Assembly: GCA_903813345.2 (NCBI GenBank) | Contig: CAIIXF020000001.1 | Coordinates: 42,532,001 to 42,596,000, forward strand | Direction of reading: 5' to 3' | Length of the DNA: 64,000 nt | Source of the DNA: Owenia fusiformis | Taxonomy: Eukaryota | Part shown: positions 38,101 through 51,300 of the stretch, in pieces | Numbering within the stretch: position 1 is the first letter of the stretch | Layout: the number at the start of each line of letters is the position of its first letter | Notes under the pieces: model-generated | The model's database searches: none | What the model saw: the letters and a program-made list of their open reading frames with translations, nothing else | What the model was told of the DNA's origin: nothing | Program-made: the position numbers and the translations under genes

Positions 38101-41100
38101 TATCTCAAAAATTCGGTGGACAACCCATGGTAAGATTGTTATAGCAGTCTAGGCGAGTCTCTCCCGAACACTGTGGTATGTTGCACTAGGCTTGGATACT
38201 AATCGTTAATAAGATACAGGGTAAAATGTTATAACGGCCACCTATGGGAAACTCTACTGTGGTCTTCAACCTATTAGAAGGCGCATTTTTGGGGTATTTT
38301 GTAGGTTTTGTCCCCTTTTGAGGTTTTTAAGTTCATTAAGAGGCCTAATAGCGCATATCATATTAAAGGACTGTATCTTAGCTGAACAATGGTACCAAAA
38401 TCGTGACATTTTGAAGCAACTTTAGTGTTTTGGGGGCGAGGCCATTGTGCCAAGTACCCCGAATTCCATTCTTCCGTGCCATTTAATTGTCTTCTGGGCA
38501 GTTTTGAATGAACCTTTGTTTCTCCCTAACGTTATGACGTCATAATATGCAATTGAACGCCTTGACATGGATATCACTCGAAAGATAGTAGAAATCGCTT
38601 TCCAATGATACCCCATATGGCCATGTTCCCCTCAGCTGGGTGTACTCAATCTGTGATGCAAACTGTAAGGTGCACCCCTACCCCAAAGAAATTTCAAGAA
38701 ATCTCAAAATCAAATTTCCTGAATTTTGCTAAAAGGACCTGTGTCTATAAGGATTGAATCTTCCCCCGTGCATTTTCTCAAATATAGCATTGTTATATAC
38801 CATTGTGATCGGGATAATGCCTACAATGCTAATATAACCATGTTGAAAGAAAACAAACTAATTCAGTTTACTATTAGAAGGCGCATTTTTGGGGTATTTT
38901 GTAGGTTTTGTCCCCTTTTGAGGTTTTTAAGTTCATTAAGAGGCCTAATAGCGCATATCATATTAAAGGACTGTATCTTAGCTGAACAATGGTACCAAAA
39001 TCGTGACATTTTGAAGCAACTTTAGTGTTTTGGGGGCGAGGCCATTGTGCCAAGTACCCCGAATTCCATTCTTCCGTGCCATTTAATTGTCTTCTGGGCA
39101 GTTTTGAATGAACCTTTGTTTCTCCCTAACGTTATGACGTCATAATATGCAATTGAACGCCTTGACATGGATATCACTCGAAAGATAGTAGAAATCGCTT
39201 TCCAATGATACCCCATATGGCCATGTTCCCCTCAGCTGGGTGTACTCAATCTGTGATGCAAACTGTAAGGTGCACCCCTACCCCAAAGAAATTTCAAGAA
39301 ATCTCAAAATCAAATTTCCTGAATTTTGCTAAAAGGACCTGTGTCTATAAGGATTGAATCTTCCCCCGTGCATTTTCTCAAATATAGCATTGTTATATAC
39401 CATTGTGATCGGGATAATGCCTACAATGCTAATATAACCATGTTGAAAGAAAACAAACTAATTCAGTTTACTATTAGAAGGCGCATTTTTGGGGTATTTT
39501 GTAGGTTTTGTCCCCTTTTGAGGTTTTTAAGTTCATTAAGAGGCCTAATAGCGCATATCATATTAAAGGACTGTATCTTAGCTGAACAATGGTACCAAAA
39601 TCGTGACATTTTGAAGCAACTTTAGTGTTTTGGGGGCGAGGCCATTGTGCCAAGTACCCCGAATTCCATTCTTCCGTGCCATTTAATTGTCTTCTGGGCA
39701 GTTTTGAATGAACCTTTGTTTCTCCCTAACGTTATGACGTCATAATATGCAATTGAACGCCTTGACATGGATATCACTCGAAAGATAGTAGAAATCGCTT
39801 TCCAATGATACCCCATATGGCCATGTTCCCCTCAGCTGGGTGTACTCAATCTGTGATGCAAACTGTAAGGTGCACCCCTACCCCAAAGAAATTTCAAGAA
39901 ATCTCAAAATCAAATTTCCTGAATTTTGCTAAAAGGACCTGTGTCTATAAGGATTGAATCTTCCCCCGTGCATTTTCTCAAATATAGCATTGTTATATAC
40001 CATTGTGATCGGGATAATGCCTACAATGCTAATATAACCATGTTGAAAGAAAACAAACTAATTCAGTTTACTATTAGGATATAGTCCTGAGTAAGGACAC
40101 TAGCGGTTACCGTTAGTGATTTGGTTTTCTGTATAAAAAGTCATTTTTCTCCTTTCCTACCCCATTGGAGCGCCATTTGGCGTTTGGGAAGTGAATTGGG
40201 ACTAAATATTTATAAGGTAGGTCCTGATTTATCTGAAAACATGCCAAAGTTCAGTGGGAAATCTCATTTTAAGCTGGCGGCGGAGTGATTTTGACCTTGG
40301 TGATTTGACCAGAATTCTCTGAGAAATCTGACGATAGAGGGGGTTAGTGTCTTCAAGTTTATTTATCTCAAAAATTCGGTGGACAACCCATGGTAAGATT
40401 GTTATAGCAGTCTAGGCGAGTCTCTCCCGAACACTGTGGTATGTTGCACTAGGCTTGGATACTAATCGTTAATAAGATACAGGGTAAAATGTTATAACGG
40501 CCACCTATGGGAAACTCTACTGTGGTCTTCAACCTATTAGAAGGCGCATTTTTGGGGTATTTTGTAGGTTTTGTCCCCTTTTGAGGTTTTTAAGTTCATT
40601 AAGAGGCCTAATAGCGCATATCATATTAAAGGACTGTATCTTAGCTGAACAATGGTACCAAAATCGTGACATTTTGAAGCAACTTTAGTGTTTTGGGGGC
40701 GAGGCCATTGTGCCAAGTACCCCGAATTCCATTCTTCCGTGCCATTTAATTGTCTTCTGGGCAGTTTTGAATGAACCTTTGTTTCTCCCTAACGTTATGA
40801 CGTCATAATATGCAATTGAACGCCTTGACATGGATATCACTCGAAAGATAGTAGAAATCGCTTTCCAATGATACCCCATATGGCCATGTTCCCCTCAGCT
40901 GGGTGTACTCAATCTGTGATGCAAACTGTAAGGTGCACCCCTACCCCAAAGAAATTTCAAGAAATCTCAAAATCAAATTTCCTGAATTTTGCTAAAAGGA
41001 CCTGTGTCTATAAGGATTGAATCTTCCCCCGTGCATTTTCTCAAATATAGCATTGTTATATACCATTGTGATCGGGATAATGCCTACAATGCTAATATAA

Positions 41101-44100
41101 CCATGTTGAAAGAAAACAAACTAATTCAGTTTACTATTAGAAGGCGCATTTTTGGGGTATTTTGTAGGTTTTGTCCCCTTTTGAGGTTTTTAAGTTCATT
41201 AAGAGGCCTAATAGCGCATATCATATTAAAGGACTGTATCTTAGCTGAACAATGGTACCAAAATCGTGACATTTTGAAGCAACTTTAGTGTTTTGGGGGC
41301 GAGGCCATTGTGCCAAGTACCCCGAATTCCATTCTTCCGTGCCATTTAATTGTCTTCTGGGCAGTTTTGAATGAACCTTTGTTTCTCCCTAACGTTATGA
41401 CGTCATAATATGCAATTGAACGCCTTGACATGGATATCACTCGAAAGATAGTAGAAATCGCTTTCCAATGATACCCCATATGGCCATGTTCCCCTCAGCT
41501 GGGTGTACTCAATCTGTGATGCAAACTGTAAGGTGCACCCCTACCCCAAAGAAATTTCAAGAAATCTCAAAATCAAATTTCCTGAATTTTGCTAAAAGGA
41601 CCTGTGTCTATAAGGATTGAATCTTCCCCCGTGCATTTTCTCAAATATAGCATTGTTATATACCATTGTGATCGGGATAATGCCTACAATGCTAATATAA
41701 CCATGTTGAAAGAAAACAAACTAATTCAGTTTACTATTAGGATATAGTCCTGAGTAAGGACACTAGCGGTTACCGTTAGTGATTTGGTTTTCTGTATAAA
41801 AAGTCATTTTTCTCCTTTCCTACCCCATTGGAGCGCCATTTGGCGTTTGGGAAGTGAATTGGGACTAAATATTTATAAGGTAGGTCCTGATTTATCTGAA
41901 AACATGCCAAAGTTCAGTGGGAAATCTCATTTTAAGCTGGCGGCGGAGTGATTTTGACCTTGGTGATTTGACCAGAATTCTCTGAGAAATCTGACGATAG
42001 AGGGGGTTAGTGTCTTCAAGTTTATTTATCTCAAAAATTCGGTGGACAACCCATGGTAAGATTGTTATAGCAGTCTAGGCGAGTCTCTCCCGAACACTGT
42101 GGTATGTTGCACTAGGCTTGGATACTAATCGTTAATAAGATACAGGGTAAAATGTTATAACGGCCACCTATGGGAAACTCTACTGTGGTCTTCAACCTAT
42201 TAGAAGGCGCATTTTTGGGGTATTTTGTAGGTTTTGTCCCCTTTTGAGGTTTTTAAGTTCATTAAGAGGCCTAATAGCGCATATCATATTAAAGGACTGT
42301 ATCTTAGCTGAACAATGGTACCAAAATCGTGACATTTTGAAGCAACTTTAGTGTTTTGGGGGCGAGGCCATTGTGCCAAGTACCCCGAATTCCATTCTTC
42401 CGTGCCATTTAATTGTCTTCTGGGCAGTTTTGAATGAACCTTTGTTTCTCCCTAACGTTATGACGTCATAATATGCAATTGAACGCCTTGACATGGATAT
42501 CACTCGAAAGATAGTAGAAATCGCTTTCCAATGATACCCCATATGGCCATGTTCCCCTCAGCTGGGTGTACTCAATCTGTGATGCAAACTGTAAGGTGCA
42601 CCCCTACCCCAAAGAAATTTCAAGAAATCTCAAAATCAAATTTCCTGAATTTTGCTAAAAGGACCTGTGTCTATAAGGATTGAATCTTCCCCCGTGCATT
42701 TTCTCAAATATAGCATTGTTATATACCATTGTGATCGGGATAATGCCTACAATGCTAATATAACCATGTTGAAAGAAAACAAACTAATTCAGTTTACTAT
42801 TAGGATATAGTCCTGAGTAAGGACACTAGCGGTTACCGTTAGTGATTTGGTTTTCTGTATAAAAAGTCATTTTTCTCCTTTCCTACCCCATTGGAGCGCC
42901 ATTTGGCGTTTGGGAAGTGAATTGGGACTAAATATTTATAAGGTAGGTCCTGATTTATCTGAAAACATGCCAAAGTTCAGTGGGAAATCTCATTTTAAGC
43001 TGGCGGCGGAGTGATTTTGACCTTGGTGATTTGACCAGAATTCTCTGAGAAATCTGACGATAGAGGGGGTTAGTGTCTTCAAGTTTATTTATCTCAAAAA
43101 TTCGGTGGACAACCCATGGTAAGATTGTTATAGCAGTCTAGGCGAGTCTCTCCCGAACACTGTGGTATGTTGCACTAGGCTTGGATACTAATCGTTAATA
43201 AGATACAGGGTAAAATGTTATAACGGCCACCTATGGGAAACTCTACTGTGGTCTTCAACCTATTAGAAGGCGCATTTTTGGGGTATTTTGTAGGTTTTGT
43301 CCCCTTTTGAGGTTTTTAAGTTCATTAAGAGGCCTAATAGCGCATATCATATTAAAGGACTGTATCTTAGCTGAACAATGGTACCAAAATCGTGACATTT
43401 TGAAGCAACTTTAGTGTTTTGGGGGCGAGGCCATTGTGCCAAGTACCCCGAATTCCATTCTTCCGTGCCATTTAATTGTCTTCTGGGCAGTTTTGAATGA
43501 ACCTTTGTTTCTCCCTAACGTTATGACGTCATAATATGCAATTGAACGCCTTGACATGGATATCACTCGAAAGATAGTAGAAATCGCTTTCCAATGATAC
43601 CCCATATGGCCATGTTCCCCTCAGCTGGGTGTACTCAATCTGTGATGCAAACTGTAAGGTGCACCCCTACCCCAAAGAAATTTCAAGAAATCTCAAAATC
43701 AAATTTCCTGAATTTTGCTAAAAGGACCTGTGTCTATAAGGATTGAATCTTCCCCCGTGCATTTTCTCAAATATAGCATTGTTATATACCATTGTGATCG
43801 GGATAATGCCTACAATGCTAATATAACCATGTTGAAAGAAAACAAACTAATTCAGTTTACTATTAGGATATAGTCCTGAGTAAGGACACTAGCGGTTACC
43901 GTTAGTGATTTGGTTTTCTGTATAAAAAGTCATTTTTCTCCTTTCCTACCCCATTGGAGCGCCATTTGGCGTTTGGGAAGTGAATTGGGACTAAATATTT
44001 ATAAGGTAGGTCCTGATTTATCTGAAAACATGCCAAAGTTCAGTGGGAAATCTCATTTTAAGCTGGCGGCGGAGTGATTTTGACCTTGGTGATTTGACCA

Positions 44101-45386
44101 GAATTCTCTGAGAAATCTGACGATAGAGGGGGTTAGTGTCTTCAAGTTTATTTATCTCAAAAATTCGGTGGACAACCCATGGTAAGATTGTTATAGCAGT
44201 CTAGGCGAGTCTCTCCCGAACACTGTGGTATGTTGCACTAGGCTTGGATACTAATCGTTAATAAGATACAGGGTAAAATGTTATAACGGCCACCTATGGG
44301 AAACTCTACTGTGGTCTTCAACCTATTAGAAGGCGCATTTTTGGGGTATTTTGTAGGTTTTGTCCCCTTTTGAGGTTTTTAAGTTCATTAAGAGGCCTAA
44401 TAGCGCATATCATATTAAAGGACTGTATCTTAGCTGAACAATGGTACCAAAATCGTGACATTTTGAAGCAACTTTAGTGTTTTGGGGGCGAGGCCATTGT
44501 GCCAAGTACCCCGAATTCCATTCTTCCGTGCCATTTAATTGTCTTCTGGGCAGTTTTGAATGAACCTTTGTTTCTCCCTAACGTTATGACGTCATAATAT
44601 GCAATTGAACGCCTTGACATGGATATCACTCGAAAGATAGTAGAAATCGCTTTCCAATGATACCCCATATGGCCATGTTCCCCTCAGCTGGGTGTACTCA
44701 ATCTGTGATGCAAACTGTAAGGTGCACCCCTACCCCAAAGAAATTTCAAGAAATCTCAAAATCAAATTTCCTGAATTTTGCTAAAAGGACCTGTGTCTAT
44801 AAGGATTGAATCTTCCCCCGTGCATTTTCTCAAATATAGCATTGTTATATACCATTGTGATCGGGATAATGCCTACAATGCTAATATAACCATGTTGAAA
44901 GAAAACAAACTAATTCAGTTTACTATTAGGATATAGTCCTGAGTAAGGACACTAGCGGTTACCGTTAGTGATTTGGTTTTCTGTATAAAAAGTCATTTTT
45001 CTCCTTTCCTACCCCATTGGAGCGCCATTTGGCGTTTGGGAAGTGAATTGGGACTAAATATTTATAAGGTAGGTCCTGATTTATCTGAAAACATGCCAAA
45101 GTTCAGTGGGAAATCTCATTTTAAGCTGGCGGCGGAGTGATTTTGACCTTGGTGATTTGACCAGAATTCTCTGAGAAATCTGACGATAGAGGGGGTTAGT
45201 GTCTTCAAGTTTATTTATCTCAAAAATTCGGTGGACAACCCATGGTAAGATTGTTATAGCAGTCTAGGCGAGTCTCTCCCGAACACTGTGGTATGTTGCA
45301 CTAGGCTTGGATACTAATCGTTAATAAGATACAGGGTAAAATGTTATAACGGCCACCTATGGGAAACTCTACTGTGGTCTTCAACC
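23171..45386. mobile_element. Tandem array of a non-autonomous composite-like DNA transposon (13 x 458-bp long direct repeat A + 27 x 595-bp internal unit B); KolobokP-like
   Basis: Periods of 600 and 1063 bp read from the sequence and the ORF track. Order: A B2 A B3 A B2 A B3 A B A B2 A B6 A B3 A B2 A B A B A B A. Unit A runs GG...CC with an imperfect TIR (GGATATAGTCCTGAGTA vs GGTTGAAGACCACAGTA, 11/17). All internal joints are TATTA; the outer flanks are ATA|GG...CC|ATA. The array itself is certain; the family assignment is inference. Confidence 0.8.
23173..23630. repeat. First copy of 458-bp unit A (long direct repeat); last copy 44929-45386
   Basis: Matching copies sit at both array ends and at 11 internal positions. 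Confidence 0.95.
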
Positions 45387-48300
45387 ATACATACTAACCA
45401 ATGAGAACGCAATACGGAAGTACGCAATTGTCAATTACATCGATTGAACGAACAAGTAAAACGTTATAAATTATTATAATGATTACTGAATCAACAGTAC
45501 TGGGTATCGAATATATTAGCTTAGCAGAAGTATCAGTCAACAATCTCGCGTAATAAACTTTCTCAATCAAACCAGGATTCATATATTAGTACTCGACGCA
45601 CTGACTATATTGGTAATCCAGCGTAGTTTTACATTTGGAGTCGATTTTCGCAACCAATCAAATCAAGGCTTTCTGTATCGCGTTTTCACCTGCGGTATAT
45701 GTCATATTCACCTGCGGTATATGGCATATTCCGCAAGTGAGTATGACATATTCTGCAGGTGAGTATCGGGTATTCACTGAAATCAATGTATCGCATACTC
45801 ACATGCAGAATATACCATATACCGCAGGTGAGTATGGCATATTCACCCGTATCACGAATACCGCGCAACCATGAATGTATGCCATATACCGCGTAACATA
45901 TACGCCCTTGCTGAAATCCTCATTATCTCAGAAAAACTCAAATTGATTGGGTCTCAACAAGTAGAATATTGAGTATTGGTATGGATTCCAAGAAATGGGG
46001 TTCTCAAACAGGACATTCAACGTTGTCAATTATTCCCGTGAGAACTTCATAAATGGAGTGTCATTTCTGAAATGAAAATGGATCAAGGAGATTTTTATTC
46101 ACCATTTGATCTGATTTGAACTAGGCTACAAATTGTTGATCGGTTCCTTCGGATTTTCAAGGACATGTTTTACGGGGCTTGTGCTATTCTCTGATGACGT
46201 AGTCGGATATAACAGGATGAGAAAGAAGGGAAATAATATTTTACATTCATAAAAGCTTTCAGCGTTTTACACTCTCTTGTTAAATATTATCAATCCCGTC
46301 AATTTGTACAAATGAGTTTATTTTGCTTAGATAAATGTCTTTAGCAAGAAAAGCAAGACCATTTGTAGAGCAGTGCAAACAATCACTTCTACTAGGAGAT
46401 CCGGAGATTGGAATTAGCTGGAAACAAATACACTTGTTGCATTATATTTTCATAATTACGTGAAACATTGGTTTCACATATTGTGCAGAATTTGTTTTAG
46501 ATTTATACAAGCTGTGAATCATGAATTTCTCCCATCGCCATATTGGTTCACCACATCATTGGGTTGATTTCCTCGAGGTCGGGCCCTGTGATAAATCCTC
46601 ATGCAGTGCGCATGCGTAGAGAACAATTTGTGTAAAGCTGCTTTGCCGTGAACATTCTTATTTGAATTTCGACCATGTCAATCTTGTTATATGACATAGA
46701 ACTCAGCAACCAAATGAAAAAATTTCTTAATCATATGTAGTGGGCTCCATGATCCACCAATATATTTCTACCGCTTAGTGTACTACGGTAGCGTGTTTTG
46801 TTTGGATGGATGGCGAACGAAGAATTCACATTACCGTGCCCGAAAAGGTAAGGACACGGTGCTTGCATTTTTATCTCCCAATTAAGTCTATTTGCCTTAA
46901 ATCACGAAGGTCTAGTTACAGTGCTAGACATCTTTAAATATGATTTGGTAAAATATAGAATCCCAAATTAGCATTCTAAAAAGTACTGAATTTGGATCAA
47001 CCAATATAGTATTTACTAATACATTCAAGGCAAACTCAATCAAACTAGTACTGCTATATTCGATTAGCTTTGCATACCCTCTACACGGGACTAATCAGGA
47101 GGAGGGTACTCGGGATATTTCCAAGGGAATGTAAGGCCAGAGAACATTGTTCTTATTTCCTCCGAGTCTCCTTTTCCTCAGCACAATATATCCCCGGGGA
47201 AAGGCTCAAAAGGGGTGCGGTCGCACCCATTGTATCCCCCTACCCCTGGGTACCTCTTTCTGCTAATCGAGTAAGTAAGACTACTCGAAGGATACGCACG
47301 ATACATTTTAATAACACTCGTAAAGACGACGCTCCAAAAAGACTGGTTTGGTATGATCGTGGCAGGTATTCTAAAAGAAGTGGCCTGTAAGCGTTAGAGT
47401 TCACGGCATTCTTGTAATTGGAAATACATGTAGGTACTTAAGGGAAATGGGAATCTTTCTAAAGGCGTCGTTGCGTTATATTGATGGATTTAAAGTTCCC
47501 GATTTATCTCAAGATGATACCCGAAGATGTTTATTATTCAAAGACAAAATAAACAAACTTATGATGAATGCCGTACCTAGTACTATCCAATTATGGGTTT
47601 TGTATTTCAGATAAGTTTTGAGATATGGACTGTTATTCCATGTTGTACATTAACAATAAATGAGGATTTCTTGACTTATTGCGACTGCTACAACTAAAAT
47701 GATTTTGCCCATAGTTAGATCAAGGGCGAACGTAATACCCGGAACGTTCGCAAATTGGCGTTCGTTTTTTACCGCATCCGATTTGAATTAGCCAATAAAC
47801 ATGATAGGGGTGTGAGAACTTAAAATTTATTCTGACGATGTGTCTCACCCCCCTCTGGACATAAAGTCCAGAGCTGAATATGGCAGCATATGTTGATGAT
47901 TGGTAAGTAAAAACAATCTATCCTTATAACGTAACATATTTTCTATAGTTAAGTAAATTTCGGTCACGAACCATTCAGAAACAACAGTTAAAACGAAGAT
48001 TGTCCGCGTCAGATTTGATTGTACCACTTTGAAACCAATGGGGTTTTCTCATTTGCATAATCACGTGAGCCATAGACTGTTATGGGGGATTTCCGAAGCA
48101 GGGTGACACACATTAACATAAAACACAATCGCCACTTGAATTACATTTCCCTGTTTATTCTGTTCGTATCAAGCCGTTTTTACATGCCATATATTTAAGT
48201 TAATCAATTATGTAGCTCATGATGTGAACATATTCCAATGCTATAGAGCAAAATAACTGCAAAACGGTACAGAAAAGGGTACCTAGGTCTGAGAAAACCT

Positions 48301-51300
48301 ACCCCTCTATACCCCGTTTCTCGTTTCGTTTGGTACATAACTAAGCCCCGGGTATTAAATAAGCCCTTGGTTAAATATTCATGTATTGCTCAATTGCTTA
48401 TAAAACAACCAACAAGACCATATGGAATTCATGAATCTTTGAGAAAAATCGTCATCATTATCTTTCAAAAATGTGATGATAACCAGCAGTAATTTCAAAG
48501 AAGAAATAATCATCAGAATTGTGATAATAGCCAGCAATAACGTCGAGGAAGAATCGTAAGGCGTTTGATTGCATATGCCTATTATAGATTAGACATGCAC
48601 TTGGAATATATGAACATTCAAATACCATTTAATTAGATTTAAATCTTACCTATTTGTTTGACCCCTTGCGAAGATATGGATAAATTGTTTTAATTTGTAA
48701 GAAAACTAATATGTTCGCAATCACGAATTACCTAAATATTCTGCAAAAGCAAGAAAAAGCAAACTCTAAGTGCACATCAGTCAAGAAAAACAATCCCCAT
48801 ATAGCCCAAAACCATGATCTAACGTGAAAAGAAACAATGTCTAATACCTCCTTTCCCCCACCATTGAAGAACAAATATCACAATCCAACACCAGAAGACC
48901 AAGGGACATTTCATTCATACTGAAGTCATAACAATACATGTTGAAGAAAAAATTAGAAGTTGATAGCCATTACTCATAACCTTAAAAATAGTTGTAGATA
49001 CAAGTACTCATACAAGATGAAGCAATCTACTTGGCTCGTATTTGAAAAATTAAACAAAATCGGAAAAGCACACTTGTTAAATTACACTAATAAAACACCG
49101 ACATTTACAGTAATATTATCGTAATTTTTACAATTATAATAATCAACGTTTTGTCAAATGCTTAGATTAGAGCTTTCGATATAAGTTTTCAGCCAAACTT
49201 AAACTGCAACTTTAACTTTTAAATGACGTTATCACAACTGGGGAGGAAGGCTTCTCGAAGAAACCAGGAAAGTACATTTCATGAGAAAAAATGAATATCC
49301 CAGCAATGTCAGAATTAATCTCTAAGTTGTAATCATATTTTGAAACTAGAAATCGCGAACTACATACTTGTACTTGCCAAATATTTTGTTGCGATTTGAA
49401 GGATGAAAACACCCTATCTTCGTTCGAGAGTTCTTCCCCAGTACTATACCTGACTTGTACAAGTTTAGATTTGCATACATCAATACGTATACGTATTCCA
49501 AAAACTTATAAAAGAAATCTCTCTAATCTAATCTAGTCTTTTTACCCTTTGTTAGACATTTTTCGACCCGAAAGGCGGAAACTTTTTCAGTAAATGGAGA
49601 TTTGAAAACATCAAGACATACAGTATGTACCTCCTTAAATATTGCTTCAAATGTTGCTACGCTATAGTGTGTTACGGATTTTTCACATTCGGGAGTCATA
49701 CCATGAACTAGTGTTGTCACTTAGTGAATACAATGTCACAATGTCAATTTGCACTTTATGTTACTCGGGATCTAAAAACTCACTCTGTCTTGGAATTTAG
49801 AATAGGGTTTTAAGGTTATCGTGGACGTTGTAAAGAAAGCATAACCATGGCGACAAGTTGAAGATAATAAAAAGAACATGTCTTCGAAGCATACCTGTCA
49901 CATCGATAACTTAACAAACCATCGCCTCGAGTAACAAATGTACGGTGGCCCAAGATATAGAAGGTTGTATGGAAACGAGACAGGGTTCACTGATATCATA
50001 ATTATTTAAAGAAACACATTTTTACTTTTTACGTAAACTTTAGTATTGTATGAAATTTCAATACATTTTTCTTAACGGTGAGATAAAGGGGAGATGATTG
50101 AAAGTGTTAAAAGAAATCCCAGGCCTGTAGCCAGGGGGGACTATTTTTGAGTGATTTTTGGCCAAATTTGCCAAAGTGAACTCCCCTCTGTATATGTTCA
50201 TGAGTTGGTGAACTACTTCAGTGAGATTGACGGATGCATCATCGTCGTTCTTATATCATTCTTAATTTGATTGTGGCCTTTTGTCTGCATATGTAAGGAG
50301 GGCTCGATCATTAACTAGTATACATTTAAGACGTTGATCCAAAAAATCTCAAAATGACTTTTAGACCCAAAATTACCTTTTTGCCAAAATGATTTTCCTA
50401 TTAGAGAAGTCATACATTTATGATTTGTATACATAAATAGGCAATGAATGCATTATTTCTTTTCTACTTTAGTTAAGACGAAAATTGAAAAAATCTCTAA
50501 ATTCTTAGATAAAAAATACATATTTTAGCCCATATTTCGAAACGTACCTACTTTTGCTAGGTGACCTCAATATTCATGGCATTACAAGACTGCAAGCATA
50601 TTTGTTATTTCTGCTAGATTCATTAAATTACACTTGGATCACTCAGGTCCTGTTAGAATCATGTGACAGTGAAAAATAAGATTAAATACTCCGAAGACTC
50701 AGAGAATATAATGATGTTGATCTAAGGTCAATGAGTAAATGGAGGAAGTCTGGGTTTCCAAAGGTACAAAGAAGGCATTTCGAGTTCTCCCAATTTTCCT
50801 CCGCTTCTCCATGAACAAAATCACCCCAACAATAAGCCACCCAAAATTGAACCGTAACATTTGATGCTCTGTAACACTGATGTCTGTAGGGGAATCAAAT
50901 TGACCACCTCGATTTTTTTCTACAGTACTTTTTGCAAGTTTTGCGCCTCTGTTATTATTCTACTTTTAGCCACAGACATAAGACACTTTTTGGCAGATAA
51001 ATCAAGGTGAGCGGGGCCAATGAAAATGAAATTCATCAAAGATTGGTAATTACCTTGTTCTGTAGAAAATGCAAAGATGATGATTATTGCTCTGTTTGAT
51101 CAATGATCATTTAACATATTGAATTCACGTTCTAACATGCTTCATTTCATAAAAATCGAGCCACAGTGACTAACATATGAGTTTCTGAAAGTAAAATATA
51201 GTTAATCGACAAATAATCGCGAATCGCGTTCTCTTCACGAATTTGATAAAAACGGTTTTTATAAGAAATTACTTGATGAATACCTTTGAATTTTGTGCAT

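Larger units (their letters stand above)
23072..45898. mobile_element. Host MITE split by the 22-kb array (TIR TGTTACGCGGTA...TACCGCGTAACA) with ~21-bp internal repeats
   Basis: Inverted 12-bp ends at 23072-23083 and 45887-45898 in TA-rich flanks. The ATATTCACCTGCGGTATATGGC-type repeat occurs on both sides of the array (23100-23170 and 45684-45860). Confidence 0.7.

Noticed and set aside
23781..44668. Repeated 64-aa (minus) and 99-aa (plus) ORFs
   Set aside because: Products of the tandem array. There is no recognisable domain, and the 99-aa ORF starts at TTG and exists only across B-B junctions.
23171..45386. CRISPR array or LTR retrotransposon/TRIM interpretation
   Set aside because: Units are 458 and 595 bp with no unique spacers and no cas genes. 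Unit A lacks TG...CA ends, I see no PBS or polypurine tract, and scarless B-B joints are not expected from LTR recombination.
47070..47390. 106-aa ORF in a GC-richer patch
   Set aside because: Starts at TTG, has no domain, and overlaps what look like MITE fragments.
49212..49720. Two minus-strand ORF fragments that might be a decayed gene or viral/TE remnant
   Set aside because: No recognisable motif or splice chain; would need TBLASTN or HHpred.
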